In this document: positions 1-10,197 of the stretch, in pieces | How the letters are laid out: each line of letters starts with the position of its first letter | Position numbering within the stretch: the stretch's first letter is position 1 | Assembly: GCA_963664195.1 (NCBI GenBank) | Contig: OY760907.1 | Location: 2,048,001-2,112,000, forward strand | From: an uncultured candidate division Zixibacteria bacterium | GTDB taxonomy: Bacteria; Zixibacteria; MSB-5A5; GN15; FEB-12 | DNA length: 64,000 bases | Direction of reading: 5' to 3' | The notes under the pieces: model-generated | The model's database searches: none | What the model saw: the letters and a program-made list of their open reading frames with translations, nothing else | What the model was told of the DNA's origin: nothing | Program-made: the position numbers and the translations under genes

Positions 1-1
1 A

Positions 2-145
2 CTCATCGCCAAGTACATCTGGGGCATCACACCTTCGGATGAGTATTACGATGCTGAGAGCAATCGAATTACGGTGCGATTCAGAAAAGAACTGCTCGGG
101 AAGGAGAAACCCAGGCAGGACGACTTCATCCTGTTGCCTATGTAG
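2..145 (+). CDS. 3' end of an unidentified CDS (partial)
   Basis: Open frame 2 from the window edge: LIAKYIWGITPSDEYYDAESNRITVRFRKELLGKEKPRQDDFILLPM*, stop TAG 143-145, same strand as rmuC. Confidence 0.55.
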   Translation, partial: LIAKYIWGITPSDEYYDAESNRITVRFRKELLGKEKPRQDDFILLPM

Positions 146-188
146 GGGGGGCGAGTCGGCGCCGCGACCGGACAGCGGTCTTGCATAA

Positions 189-1289
189 ATGGACACTTAC
201 ACGACTCTGACGCTCGGATTACTTGCGATTGTATGCGCTTTGCTGGTTTGGCTGGGGGTGCAGCTGCAAAAGTTGCGTGCCACCGGCGATGCGGAACGAT
301 TGAGAACGACTGTCGAGTTGATGGGCGCCGAACTCATGGGCCGTCAGTCCGAATCCCTGCTCTCACTGCGCGATTCTCTGGACAACGCCAACAAGGTGCT
401 CAATGACAGGCTGGCCGAGGGCACCAGCAGCCTGGATCGCCGCATGACCGTTCTGGGGGAGATAGAGAACCGCCTCGGGCAACTTGCCATTCAGACAGAG
501 CACATTGAAGACGTTGGCAAGAACATCCAGTCACTGTCCGAGTTGCTGAGACCGCCCAATCTTCGCGGCAACGTCGGCGAGCAGCTCCTCGAAAACCTTC
601 TGGCCCAGATACTGCCTCGCTCAATGTACCACACGCAATATCGTTTCACCAACGGCGTGCGGGTCGATGCTGCTATCGCACTGGCCGACCGGCTGCTCCC
701 GGTCGATGCCAAGTTCCCTCTGGATGCATTTGAACGTCTGCGCGTGAGTCCGGACGACAGCGCTCTCCAGAAGGATTTCGCTCGTGCATTCAAGATTCAT
801 GTCGATGCTATCGCAAACAAATACATCCAGCCGCACGAGAAGACAACCGATTTTGCCGTCATGTATATCCCTGCCGAGGCGGTGTACTATCAGTTGATCT
901 CGCAGGATAACCAGGGTGGCCTCGACTACGCTCTTTCGCGTCGTGTCATCCCCAGTTCTCCCGGTCACCTTTACGCTTTCCTGGCTTCGGTTGCCACGCT
1001 GTATGCCGAGTTGTCTCTGGCGGGAGCTGGATTGACCGATCAATCACGACAACTAATCGCAGGTCTTAACAAGTTGGTTGAAACCACAGACCGTCTGGCC
1101 CGGTTTCATGAGAAGATGGACGGGTCACTGCGCGGACTTGGTGCCGGGTTTGACAGGGCCAAGAAAGAGCTGGGGGAAGCTCGTCTGCAACTTGAGAAGC
1201 TGCGGGAACCGTTTAACGGCAACGAGGACGGCACGACGCCAGCAGACGGCGAACTGAAAGCGGCTGAGACGAAAGAGACAGAAGCGTAA
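189..1289 (+). CDS. rmuC: DNA recombination protein RmuC
   Basis: N-terminal TM helix, coiled coil, RGNVGEQLLENLL, LPVDAKFPL and FAVMYIPAEAVY motifs. Confidence 0.9.
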   Translation: MDTYTTLTLGLLAIVCALLVWLGVQLQKLRATGDAERLRTTVELMGAELMGRQSESLLSLRDSLDNANKVLNDRLAEGTSSLDRRMTVLGEIENRLGQLAIQTEHIEDVGKNIQSLSELLRPPNLRGNVGEQLLENLLAQILPRSMYHTQYRFTNGVRVDAAIALADRLLPVDAKFPLDAFERLRVSPDDSALQKDFARAFKIHVDAIANKYIQPHEKTTDFAVMYIPAEAVYYQLISQDNQGGLDYALSRRVIPSSPGHLYAFLASVATLYAELSLAGAGLTDQSRQLIAGLNKLVETTDRLARFHEKMDGSLRGLGAGFDRAKKELGEARLQLEKLREPFNGNEDGTTPADGELKAAETKETEA

Positions 1290-1313
1290 GCTCCAAACGA
1301 GGGGAAACAGAAA

Positions 1314-2714
1314 TTGCCCGCAAAAGACTATGACCTCATCGTTATCGGTTCCGGCCCGGCGGGGGAGAAGGCCGCAATTGAAGCTTCTAAGCTCCGCAAG
1401 TCTGTAGCTATCATCGAACGCAAGTCGGTCCAGGGCGGTGTTTGCCTTCATACCGGAACAATCCCCTCAAAAACGCTTCGCGAGACTGTTCTCTACATGT
1501 CGGGACTTCGCCAGCGCTCCGTCTATGGTCTCGTGGGACCCGGACGGCGGAGTCTAACGATCAGTGAACTGATGTACCGAAAAAGTCAAGTCATCCAACA
1601 GGAGCTTGATGTCATCCAGCAGAACATGGCCCGCCACCGTATTGAAGTCATTTCCGGCGCCGGCACAATTTCCGCACCGGACACGGTGGTTGTCTCGCGC
1701 AGCAATGCTGACCAACGAGTGATCAAGTCCGAATGCATTATCATTGCCACCGGCACCCGGTCACATCGTCCTGAGAACATCGATTTCGACAGCAAATTTA
1801 TCTACGATTCTGAGACTATCCTTGACCTGGATGTCATCCCTCGTACCATGACCATCGTCGGCGGTGGCGTGATCGGTTGTGAATACGCCTCTATCTTCTC
1901 CCACCTCGGCATCCGGGTCACCATCGTTGATTCTCGTGACTCGCTGTTGAGCTTCCTCGATGATGAGATCGCTGAGGCGCTGACCTATCTCATGCGCAAG
2001 TATGGTGTCACACTTGTCCTCGGCGACACCCCGCAGGATGTGTACGTCGAGGATGGCCAGGTAGTGACTGTTGCCAAATCGGGTCGAAAGATCGTATCGG
2101 AGAGGCTGCTCTATGCCGCCGGACGCTGCGGTAACACGGAGAACCTCGGCCTGCAGAACCTTGGCATCGAATGCAACTCCCGCGGACTGATCAAAGTCAA
2201 CGAGCGGTATCGTACAAGCGTACCGTCGATATACGCAGTAGGTGACGTCATAGGGTTCCCCTCGCTTGCCTCGGTTTCTATGGACCAGGGCCGCCTGGCG
2301 GCTATCCATGCCTTCAACAAGAGCGACATCTCGTGCCTCAATACGCTGCTACCGTTCGGGATTTACACTATCCCCGAAGTCTCGCTCATAGGTGAAACGG
2401 AAAGAGGGCTGGCTGCCGCCGGCCATGACTACGAGATTGGCGTCGCACGGTATTTCGAACTTGCCCGGGGTCAGATCATCAACGACCACGACGGTCTTCT
2501 CAAGCTCATTTTTGACCGCAAATCAAAACGTCTTCTCGGGGTTCACATAATAGGCGAGCGAGCCACCGAGCTTATCCATGTCGGACAGGCGGTGATGACT
2601 CACGGCGGCACACTGGATTATTTCGTCGATACCGTGTTCAACTATCCGACTCTGGCCGAGGCATACAAAGTTGCAGCCATGGACGGTTTTGCGCGTCTCG
2701 AACACCGGATGTAG
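1314..2714 (+). CDS. sthA: Soluble (Si-specific) NAD(P)+ transhydrogenase
   Basis: GSGPAG FAD motif; GGVCLHTGTIPSKTLRE (single Cys, unlike LpdA); GIYTIPEVS; VFNYPTLAEAYKVAA C-terminus; TTG start. Confidence 0.9.
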   Translation: MPAKDYDLIVIGSGPAGEKAAIEASKLRKSVAIIERKSVQGGVCLHTGTIPSKTLRETVLYMSGLRQRSVYGLVGPGRRSLTISELMYRKSQVIQQELDVIQQNMARHRIEVISGAGTISAPDTVVVSRSNADQRVIKSECIIIATGTRSHRPENIDFDSKFIYDSETILDLDVIPRTMTIVGGGVIGCEYASIFSHLGIRVTIVDSRDSLLSFLDDEIAEALTYLMRKYGVTLVLGDTPQDVYVEDGQVVTVAKSGRKIVSERLLYAAGRCGNTENLGLQNLGIECNSRGLIKVNERYRTSVPSIYAVGDVIGFPSLASVSMDQGRLAAIHAFNKSDISCLNTLLPFGIYTIPEVSLIGETERGLAAAGHDYEIGVARYFELARGQIINDHDGLLKLIFDRKSKRLLGVHIIGERATELIHVGQAVMTHGGTLDYFVDTVFNYPTLAEAYKVAAMDGFARLEHRM

Positions 2715-2762
2715 CCTCCGGCGTCCAATTACCCTATTTCCCTTGAGAGATCAGAGCGAGAC

Positions 2763-3362
2763 TCAGATTCGGCTGCGGCCATCGAGGGCGCGGGAGAGCG
2801 TCACCGAGTCGGCGTACTCAAGGTCAGATCCCACCGGCAGACCGCGCGCGATCCGGGTGACTTTCGGCCCCAGCGGCGTCAGCAGCTTGGAAAGATAATG
2901 CGCCGTGGCCTCGCCCTCGACATTCGGATTGGTGGCAATGATAATCTCCGCGACCTCGTCGGATATCCGGTCCATCAGTTCCCTGATCCTGAGATCATCC
3001 GGGCCGATTCCATCCAGCGGCGACAGCCGTCCCCCCAGTACGTGGAACAAGACATTGAACTCTTCCACCCGGTCCAGTGCCGCCGCGTCCATCGCTTCTT
3101 CCACCACACATATGATGTCGCGTTTTCTTCTCGGATCGGTGCAGATGGCACAGGGATCGGATTCGGAGATATTGAAGCAGACCGAACAGAACCTGACCTT
3201 GTCCTTGACCTCGTGAATCAGGTCGGCGAGTTCAAGGGCTTCCTCGCGCGTAAGTTTGAGGATATGAAAGGCCAGACGCGCGGCGGACTTGCGTCCGATT
3301 CCGGGCAGTCTGGCCAGCCAGTTTACGAGTCGATCTACGGAGTCAGCGGAGCTAAACATCAA
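2763..3362 (-). CDS. recR: Recombination mediator RecR
   Basis: LPGIGRKSAARLAF HhH, C4 zinc finger, TOPRIM ATNPNVEGEATA, RIARGLPVG. Confidence 0.97.
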   Translation of the reverse strand: MMFSSADSVDRLVNWLARLPGIGRKSAARLAFHILKLTREEALELADLIHEVKDKVRFCSVCFNISESDPCAICTDPRRKRDIICVVEEAMDAAALDRVEEFNVLFHVLGGRLSPLDGIGPDDLRIRELMDRISDEVAEIIIATNPNVEGEATAHYLSKLLTPLGPKVTRIARGLPVGSDLEYADSVTLSRALDGRSRI

Positions 3363-3376
3363 AGTGTACTACTTGT

Positions 3377-3703
3377 CTAGAAGGGTAGGTTCAGTCCGGG
3401 GATGTTGAGTCCGCCGGTCAAACCGGACATATGTTCCTGCTGCAACTCGTTGGACTTCTCTTTGGCCTGAGTCATAGCGGCTTTGACGAGGTCCTGGAGC
3501 ATTTCGACATCTTCAGGGTCAACCACTTCCTTGTCGATCACCACGTCCTGAATGTCGCCCTTACCGTTGACCACGACCTTGACCATACCACCACCGGCCG
3601 TTCCCTCAACAGTCATATTCTCAAGCTCAGCCTGCATCTGTTCCATTTTGGCCTGCATCTGCTGAACCTGTTTCATCATGTTACCAAGTCCACCTTTACC
3701 CAT
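3377..3703 (-). CDS. ybaB: YbaB/EbfC nucleoid-associated protein
   Basis: [28 protein letters not shown]; canonical position between dnaX and recR. Confidence 0.95.
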   Translation of the reverse strand: MGKGGLGNMMKQVQQMQAKMEQMQAELENMTVEGTAGGGMVKVVVNGKGDIQDVVIDKEVVDPEDVEMLQDLVKAAMTQAKEKSNELQQEHMSGLTGGLNIPGLNLPF

Positions 3704-3733
3704 TGCAAGGCTCCTCCAATATGCTAACGTTCT

Positions 3734-5404
3734 CTACTGTTCCGTTTTCTGTACGCCGATGATCTCGCCTTCGACGCGGGCAACCAACTTCTTTAACCGT
3801 GGAGACTTCTCCATCAGTTCCTTTGGATCAACCTTCTCTGTCTTCTGCTGACCGTTTCCACCCTTGTTGTCTGTTTTGCAGCGGTCAATAGCCAGCTTCA
3901 CTTTAAGCGCGGTCCGATAGAATTCACCGAGACATTTCTCGATTGCCGCTATTTTTTCTGGTTTGTCAATCAGTCCCAGGGCTGCCTCGCCGGAGGTGCC
4001 GAACTCCAATACCAGCAATCCTTCGGTCAGTGATTTTACGTCCGCCAGACCCAATTGGGGAGCGATCATCGGACGGGACTGCTTGAGATGCTTCAGGAAC
4101 TCCTTCCAGTCTTTTTTCACTTCTGCCAATTCAACCCGGCGAGTATCTACCGGTTGTGGCTGTGAGGAAGGAGCCGCGCTGCTGCGGGCTATCGGTGCTG
4201 TCGGAGCCGACGGGGACGCCGCACGATTGGTGCGGCGATTATTGCTCTGTGCGGGGATCGGCCCGGTCGGAGCTTGACCGTCGAGACGCGCGAGGATTTC
4301 CTCAAACCTGACAGTCGATTCAAGCTCGGCCAACCTGACGGCTGTCGTTTCAAGCAGCAGCCGTTCATCCAGTCCGGCTTTGATGTCTTTGAACAGGTCG
4401 CCGACCAGCCGCATCATGCGGAGGATGTCACCGACCGTGAAATACTCCAGTTGCTTGGCAAAATCGGTTACGTCCGACCGGCTCAGATCAAGAAGCTCTC
4501 CTGCTTCAGGAGTAGACTTCAGAATCATCAGGCTCCGCAGGTGATCAAGCAGTTCGACAATGAAGTCTGATATTTCAACGCCGCCGTCGAACAAGCCCTT
4601 GATCAGCACCAGCACTTTGCGACGGTCTCCCGCCGCGATGGCATCAACAAAATCAAACAGGAACTGGCGATCAACCAAACCGAGTGCATTGACGACATCC
4701 TGTTCGGTAATCGTATTTCCCGCGAATGCCGTTATCTGGTCAAACAGCGAGAGCGAATCCCGCACCGATCCGTCCGCCTTGCGAGCCAGCAGCTTCACCG
4801 CCGCCTTGTCGATGTCAATCGACTCACGACCGGCGATATCCAGAATGTGCGCCGCCAGATCATCGGCTGAGACGCGACGGAAATCAAACCGCTGCGTGCG
4901 AGAGAGAATCGTATCCGGCACTTTGAGCGGCTCCGTAGTCGCCAGTACAAAGATCACGTGTTCCGGCGGCTCTTCGAGCGTCTTCAGCAATGCATCAAAG
5001 GCAGACCCGGACAGCCGGTGGACCTCGTCGATGATGTAGATGCGCTTCTTACCACTGGTAGGCAGATACCGCACATTCTCGCGAAGAGTGCGCATGTCAT
5101 CAACGCCAGTATTCGAGGCAGCATCGATTTCGAGGACATCAAGTGATGTGCCAGCCGAGATCTCGACGCATGCAGGGCACTTGCCGCACGGTTTTTCTGT
5201 GGGGCCGTTTACGCAGTTGACGCATTTCGCCAGCAACCTCGCACAGGTTGTCTTACCCGTTCCGCGCGGTCCCGTGAGCAGGTACGCAGAGGCTATCCTG
5301 TTGTTCTTCAACGCATTACGGAGCGTGCGCGTAACGTGCTCCTGCGCCACAACCTGATCAAAGTCCTGTGGACGGTGCTTTCTGGCAAATACGAGATAGC
5401 TCAT
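3734..5404 (-). CDS. dnaX: DNA polymerase III subunit gamma/tau
   Basis: ARKHRPQDF, Walker A GPRGTGKTT, EIDAASNTGVDD, IIDEVH, LLKTLEEPP. Confidence 0.97.
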   Translation of the reverse strand: MSYLVFARKHRPQDFDQVVAQEHVTRTLRNALKNNRIASAYLLTGPRGTGKTTCARLLAKCVNCVNGPTEKPCGKCPACVEISAGTSLDVLEIDAASNTGVDDMRTLRENVRYLPTSGKKRIYIIDEVHRLSGSAFDALLKTLEEPPEHVIFVLATTEPLKVPDTILSRTQRFDFRRVSADDLAAHILDIAGRESIDIDKAAVKLLARKADGSVRDSLSLFDQITAFAGNTITEQDVVNALGLVDRQFLFDFVDAIAAGDRRKVLVLIKGLFDGGVEISDFIVELLDHLRSLMILKSTPEAGELLDLSRSDVTDFAKQLEYFTVGDILRMMRLVGDLFKDIKAGLDERLLLETTAVRLAELESTVRFEEILARLDGQAPTGPIPAQSNNRRTNRAASPSAPTAPIARSSAAPSSQPQPVDTRRVELAEVKKDWKEFLKHLKQSRPMIAPQLGLADVKSLTEGLLVLEFGTSGEAALGLIDKPEKIAAIEKCLGEFYRTALKVKLAIDRCKTDNKGGNGQQKTEKVDPKELMEKSPRLKKLVARVEGEIIGVQKTEQ

Positions 5405-5575
5405 AAGAAACCAATATAAGCAAAACAGTCAGTCGGGGGAATCAGATTCTTGATTAGCCACTACCTTGGCGGAGTGATACACGTCGAATGTGACAGCGCG
5501 ATTACGCTTGACATGCAACCGCCGGATAACGTCTTATACTGGTAAGCACTACACCTTACTGCGAGGCGGAATCCA

Positions 5576-6151
5576 TTGAAGCGAAATACCTGCGTATCGT
5601 TGATTTTCGTAATCATTCTGAGTTGTCTGGTGATTCCGCCAACAATGGCAGAAAACCTGGTGAATCGGCGGCCTACGAGGGGCGTTTTTGGAGTCAAGGT
5701 GGGGATTCTCAGCGAGGGAGCTTTTAAAGCTGATTACCGCCGCGAGACAGATCTGGCAGCTTCCGGTGAGGTCTTTGCCGATCTGCCGTTGTTCCGCAGG
5801 ACCTACTTTGCGATTGCATTCGATTTTCACAAGATCGAAGTTGGTCAACACGAGCAGTTTATGCTCGATGCTGCCGCCGGTTTCAAGACAGTCATTGTGC
5901 ATCGACGCCTCGATATGGAATTCAAACCGTGGGCTACGGTGGGCATGGGCCATCTGAACAAGATCAATTACTACGGTGAGACCAATTACTTGTCGATTAA
6001 GCTCGGTTTTGAGACGCATTTTGCGATTTCCCGCAAGACCTCCTGGCTGGTGGAACTGACAACGCTGTACTGTCCCGTTGGGGGGAACAGAGAATACAAT
6101 GTGATCTACGGCCCGGTGTATATGATTAGGTTTGGATTGGCCCTCAGGTAG
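5576..6151 (+). CDS. Small outer-membrane beta-barrel protein (array member 1, subfamily A)
   Basis: Signal peptide, FGVKVG first strand, alternating amphipathic strands, C-terminal GPVYMIRFGLALR. Confidence 0.75.
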   Translation: MKRNTCVSLIFVIILSCLVIPPTMAENLVNRRPTRGVFGVKVGILSEGAFKADYRRETDLAASGEVFADLPLFRRTYFAIAFDFHKIEVGQHEQFMLDAAAGFKTVIVHRRLDMEFKPWATVGMGHLNKINYYGETNYLSIKLGFETHFAISRKTSWLVELTTLYCPVGGNREYNVIYGPVYMIRFGLALR

Positions 6152-6260
6152 CAGGCAGATCGCACCTCACACATTCATCGCATTTCGGTTGTCAAATCGT
6201 CCTCAGTGTGTTACATATAGGATCAGAGAAAACGGACAAGCCGGTTGATGAATTATCTGA

Positions 6261-6857
6261 ATGAAGACAACACCGACAAATAGAACAATTGCACTCTTTG
6301 CGCTGATGGCGTTGTTGTTTGTCGTGACAGGACTTCATGCCGATGATACACCGGACCTCGAGCGATTCACCGGAGTCAAGGTGGGGCTGAACACCGCGGG
6401 CGACGTCAAGATCGAGAGTGTTACCGGCGAGCAGAATTCCGGTTACAATCTCTGTCTTTTTGCTGATTTTCCTGCCGGTGGCCGCCTCTACTATGGTAGC
6501 GCCATTCAGGTTCTCCGGATGAGATGGAGCGTCCATAGCGACAGCCTCAGTTATGAAGAATCTGAAACGCTCCTGGACATCGGCATCACGATGAAGGCGT
6601 ATATCGGGAAGCCTGACCGGGGCTTGGTCCTGAGACCGGGATTCAAGATCGGTTATGGAACGATGCGCCGTCGGGGGACACTCAACGGGACTAATTACTT
6701 GACCCTTCAGGCGATGCTGGAACTGATGTATTTGCGCCCGAATGCCACCGGTTTTCTGATTGATGCCGGGGTATGGTCGGCGCCTTCGGGGGGAGATTCC
6801 GAGGTTGATATCAACGTCGGCCCGCTCGCTTTTATCCGCATTGGTATGACTTTTTAG
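6261..6857 (+). CDS. Small outer-membrane beta-barrel protein (member 2, subfamily A)
   Basis: Signal peptide, TGVKVG, RPGFKIGYG, TNYLTL, C-terminal RIGMTF. Confidence 0.78.
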   Translation: MKTTPTNRTIALFALMALLFVVTGLHADDTPDLERFTGVKVGLNTAGDVKIESVTGEQNSGYNLCLFADFPAGGRLYYGSAIQVLRMRWSVHSDSLSYEESETLLDIGITMKAYIGKPDRGLVLRPGFKIGYGTMRRRGTLNGTNYLTLQAMLELMYLRPNATGFLIDAGVWSAPSGGDSEVDINVGPLAFIRIGMTF

Positions 6858-6887
6858 ACACACACAATTGATTCCGGGGAGGATTCA

Positions 6888-7550
6888 TTGAATAGGACAC
6901 GATTACTCGCACTTGCTACGACACTTCTTCTGCTGCTCTGTCTGGCTGGTATGGTGGCGGCTGAGAGACCCAAGTTGGGATTCAAAGTAGGCACAGCCTT
7001 GGCCGAAAGAGACCCCGATTGGGACCGTAGCTCTCAACTCGGCCTGACCTTCAGCCTGTGCTCGAGGGCCTCAATCACTTCTGTGCTTTCAGTTCGCCTT
7101 GAGGCGCAATTTGTGCAGAAGGGCTGTCATACGGACATTTACCGCTGGGATATTGATTTCAACAACGGTCCGACTGAATATCACGATGACCATCGGGAAC
7201 GTGTGGACTATCTGTCAGTACCGATTCTGTTTGAGTTATCTCTGCCGGGCAGGCAGCATTCCAGCACTCCTTACGTGTTTGTCGGCCCACATGTCGATAT
7301 TCGGTTGAGTAAGTTTGCACTCGATCGGCCCAGGATGGTTCGCGACTACAAGGGAACCGTTTTGGGGGGCACAGCCGGTCTTGGAATGCGGTTGTCGCTT
7401 GGCAATGGCAGAGTGTTGATCGGTGAGTTCGGCTACCAATGGGACGTTTCAGATGCAGTGGAGTCCGTGTGGTCGTACTATCCGGGTGAGGAACATCGGT
7501 CGACGCAAAAGAACAGAGCCTTCGTGTTTACGCTTGGCTATGAGTTTTGA
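6888..7550 (+). CDS. PorT/porin-like outer-membrane beta-barrel protein (member 3, subfamily B)
   Basis: Signal peptide, LGFKVG, FVQKG, DYLSVPIL, C-terminal KNRAFVFTLGYEF. Confidence 0.8.
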   Translation: MNRTRLLALATTLLLLLCLAGMVAAERPKLGFKVGTALAERDPDWDRSSQLGLTFSLCSRASITSVLSVRLEAQFVQKGCHTDIYRWDIDFNNGPTEYHDDHRERVDYLSVPILFELSLPGRQHSSTPYVFVGPHVDIRLSKFALDRPRMVRDYKGTVLGGTAGLGMRLSLGNGRVLIGEFGYQWDVSDAVESVWSYYPGEEHRSTQKNRAFVFTLGYEF

Positions 7551-7580
7551 CAACCGTTGGGCAACAGGGGTGGTGAATCC

Positions 7581-8231
7581 ATGAATCGAAGAACGCAGCT
7601 AATCGTAATCCTCAATTTGTGTCTGGTGACATGTCTGGCTTCATCCTCAATGGGAGGGACCACGCGGTTCGGATTCAAGATGGGAATTACATCAACCAAT
7701 CTGGTAACTGTGGAATATCCGGTGTCAATCTACCTGAAAGACCGCGATCTGGCAGGAACTGAATTCGCGCTTTTCCTAGAAGCACCCATCCTCTCGGATG
7801 TATCCTTGAGGTGGGAACTGGCGTACGTGCAGAAGGGTTGGTCCGTGGAGTTGGCTAGCGGTCATCCCCGATATGGTGTCGAGGTTGGCGAGATCGTATA
7901 TCGGAGTCGCGTCACCTATATCTCTGTGCCTCTTCTCGTGAGGGCTACAGTCCCCTTCGTCTGGGAAGGAATGTACTTGTTGGCTGGTCCTAGAGTGGAT
8001 ATTTGGATTGGTCACTTTTCAGACAAGGCCGCAGGATATCCGACGGCGGAGTACTGCGTCGATATTCTCCACGGAGCTACGCTTGGAGTTGGTCAAGAGT
8101 TCCCTTTGGGGGGGCTCGGCACAGGACTCTTTGAGCTGAACTATCACCACGATTTCTCTGTGGCCTATGAAACGCGCATGTTGGAGGCGAAAAACAAAGC
8201 CTTCGCCCTGATGCTCGGATTCAAATTCTAG
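7581..8231 (+). CDS. PorT/porin-like outer-membrane beta-barrel protein (member 4, subfamily B)
   Basis: ATG at 7581 after GGTGG; FGFKMG, YVQKG, YISVPLL, GPRVD, C-terminal KNKAFALMLGFKF. Confidence 0.8.
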   Translation: MNRRTQLIVILNLCLVTCLASSSMGGTTRFGFKMGITSTNLVTVEYPVSIYLKDRDLAGTEFALFLEAPILSDVSLRWELAYVQKGWSVELASGHPRYGVEVGEIVYRSRVTYISVPLLVRATVPFVWEGMYLLAGPRVDIWIGHFSDKAAGYPTAEYCVDILHGATLGVGQEFPLGGLGTGLFELNYHHDFSVAYETRMLEAKNKAFALMLGFKF

Positions 8232-8255
8232 ACAGTTTCGCAGGAGGTTCGATAG

Positions 8256-8909
8256 ATGACCAAACGTTTTGACAGGTTCACGGCAGTCGCGTTTACACTC
8301 GCGCTGCTCTTCTGTCTGGCGGCCAGTGTAAGCGCCGGACCAAAGCAATTCGGCGTCAAAGCGGGTATTACACTCGCCGATCAAGACTACGAATACCTGG
8401 CTCTCGATTGGGAGGACGAACGGGATTATAAAGTTGGACTTACTATCGGTATGTTTGTGGACGTTCCGCTAACCTCGTTCCTATCTTTGCGTCCCGGAAT
8501 GGAGTACGTACAAAAGGGCAGTGACCTGTCGCAGGTGATTCAGTGGACCAATGAGTCCAGCCCTGAGATTGTCGGCGACAGTACGATTGAGTTCTCGGAT
8601 CGCATCGACTATCTATCCATCCCGATCCTTGCCGAACTCACTCTGCCGACCAATACGTATCTCGTGCTTGGTCCGAGGCTGGATGTCAAGATCGGCTCAT
8701 CGTCTGAAACCGCTTCGATATTCGCCGATGAGTTCAAGTCAGTTGTGTTTGGCGGTACGGTCGGTATCGGGCAGGAATTCATGCTCGGGTCGCTTGGACC
8801 GATGCTACTGGAGTTCGACTACCATCACGACTTCAGCAAAGCCCTCGACAACAGTAACCTTGAAGTGAAGAACAAGACCCTCGCGTTTGCGCTGGGGTAT
8901 CGATTCTAG
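8256..8909 (+). CDS. PorT/porin-like outer-membrane beta-barrel protein (member 5, subfamily B)
   Basis: AGGAGG RBS; FGVKAG, YVQKG, DYLSIPIL, GPRLD, C-terminal KNKTLAFALGYRF. Confidence 0.82.
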   Translation: MTKRFDRFTAVAFTLALLFCLAASVSAGPKQFGVKAGITLADQDYEYLALDWEDERDYKVGLTIGMFVDVPLTSFLSLRPGMEYVQKGSDLSQVIQWTNESSPEIVGDSTIEFSDRIDYLSIPILAELTLPTNTYLVLGPRLDVKIGSSSETASIFADEFKSVVFGGTVGIGQEFMLGSLGPMLLEFDYHHDFSKALDNSNLEVKNKTLAFALGYRF

Positions 8910-8947
8910 AAAACAGAAACCGATCTCTGCCGGGGGAATAATTACCG

Positions 8948-9535
8948 ATGTTAACGAAAACTCTCAGACTATCACTCGTGCCAGCTTTGTCGCTAGCTAC
9001 TCTGGCCGTGAGCGCATTGGCGGGCGACATGCCTCAGCGCAGCGGCGCGTTTGGCATCAAAGGCGGGCTGTTCGGTGACGGTACGATCGATATTGCTTCC
9101 AAGCACATCGGCGGCTACGTAGGAGACTTTGAGACCGACGGAAGCTATAGCTTTGGAGTGTTCTTCGAGCGGAATATCTACTCTCCGGTGCGAGCGGTTC
9201 TCTCGGTCGACATTCACGATGTCAAAACCATCACTGAGAATCAGAGCCTTCTGGATATTGCGGTTGGGTTGAAAGGACATATCGGACTCCCCGAATCTCC
9301 GTTCGTAATCAGACCGGGAGTCTCGGTCGGGTACGGCTACCTTCAGAAGTTCGGGTGGCTTGAGAACAGTCACTACACGACGCTCAAGGCTGCCGCTGAG
9401 TTTGCCCTGTGTGGGCACAAGGGCACGGGTGTGTTGTGTGGAGTCGGGCTACTATGGGCACTTTCGGGTGGGAATGATACCTACGATATAACCGGCGGAC
9501 CGATGCTTCTGACTCGAATAGGTCTTCTGATGTGA
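8948..9535 (+). CDS. Small outer-membrane beta-barrel protein (member 6, subfamily A)
   Basis: Signal peptide, FGIKGG, LLDIAVG, RPGVSVGYG, GPMLLTRIG. Confidence 0.78.
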   Translation: MLTKTLRLSLVPALSLATLAVSALAGDMPQRSGAFGIKGGLFGDGTIDIASKHIGGYVGDFETDGSYSFGVFFERNIYSPVRAVLSVDIHDVKTITENQSLLDIAVGLKGHIGLPESPFVIRPGVSVGYGYLQKFGWLENSHYTTLKAAAEFALCGHKGTGVLCGVGLLWALSGGNDTYDITGGPMLLTRIGLLM

Positions 9536-9564
9536 ACTTACCGCATTATGAAAGATGAACAACA

Positions 9565-10197
9565 ATGACGCGATTCTTCAAGAACACAACAACTCTGTTT
9601 CTGCTGTCTTTCCTGATCTCCGGCAACTTGATTGCCGGAGATAGCCTCGAACGCAAACCGCTTCTGTCCTTCAGGGCAGGAGGAGTCCTCGGCTCCGAGA
9701 TCGAGTACCGGGGTGTTGCCTCCGACTACGATCCTTTTTGCCTGAATCCCGATACGCCCGGCGAACCCAGGATTTTTGCCTGCGACCCCAGCTTCTCGCT
9801 TGGCGGAGCGCTTGATTTCCCGGTTGCCCGGTTTCTGTCTCTGGGAGTGGCGATAGATCTCAATCATATGTCGTTTGGCCCCAGTGACAAAACCTGGGCT
9901 GTGATATGGTCTGCTCACGGTCTGTTTGGGCCTCCGAGGAACCTCGAAAAAGTGGCTATTCGCCCCGGAATCGGTGTCGGATACAGTGCCTTCCAAGATT
10001 CGCCGGCAGGAAGGGACAGCGATCATCTTGTGTTAAAGGGTTTGGTTCAGATAGGTTGGGAATCGAGGGAGAAGATAGGCTGGCTGGTGGAGGGAGCCGT
10101 TTTTGCCTTCGGATATCGTGATATGGACCCCGATCCACCCACGGTGAACGTGCGCCCCAAACCACAGATTGTTTTCAGAGCAGGAGTGGTTTTCTAG
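9565..10197 (+). CDS. Small outer-membrane beta-barrel protein (member 7, subfamily A-like)
   Basis: Signal peptide, RPGIGVGY, HLVLK, C-terminal FRAGVVF. Confidence 0.7.
   Translation: MTRFFKNTTTLFLLSFLISGNLIAGDSLERKPLLSFRAGGVLGSEIEYRGVASDYDPFCLNPDTPGEPRIFACDPSFSLGGALDFPVARFLSLGVAIDLNHMSFGPSDKTWAVIWSAHGLFGPPRNLEKVAIRPGIGVGYSAFQDSPAGRDSDHLVLKGLVQIGWESREKIGWLVEGAVFAFGYRDMDPDPPTVNVRPKPQIVFRAGVVF

Noticed and set aside
4108..4122. Possible dnaX -1 frameshift site (A-run GTGAAAAAAGAC)
   Set aside because: Codon phase is GTG AAA AAA GAC, not the canonical A AAA AAG, and no clear stimulatory hairpin is visible.
5576..10197. OMP array as a shufflon or diversity-generating retroelement target
   Set aside because: No recombinase, reverse transcriptase, inverted crossover sites or near-identical TR/VR repeats; similarity is only at the protein-motif level.
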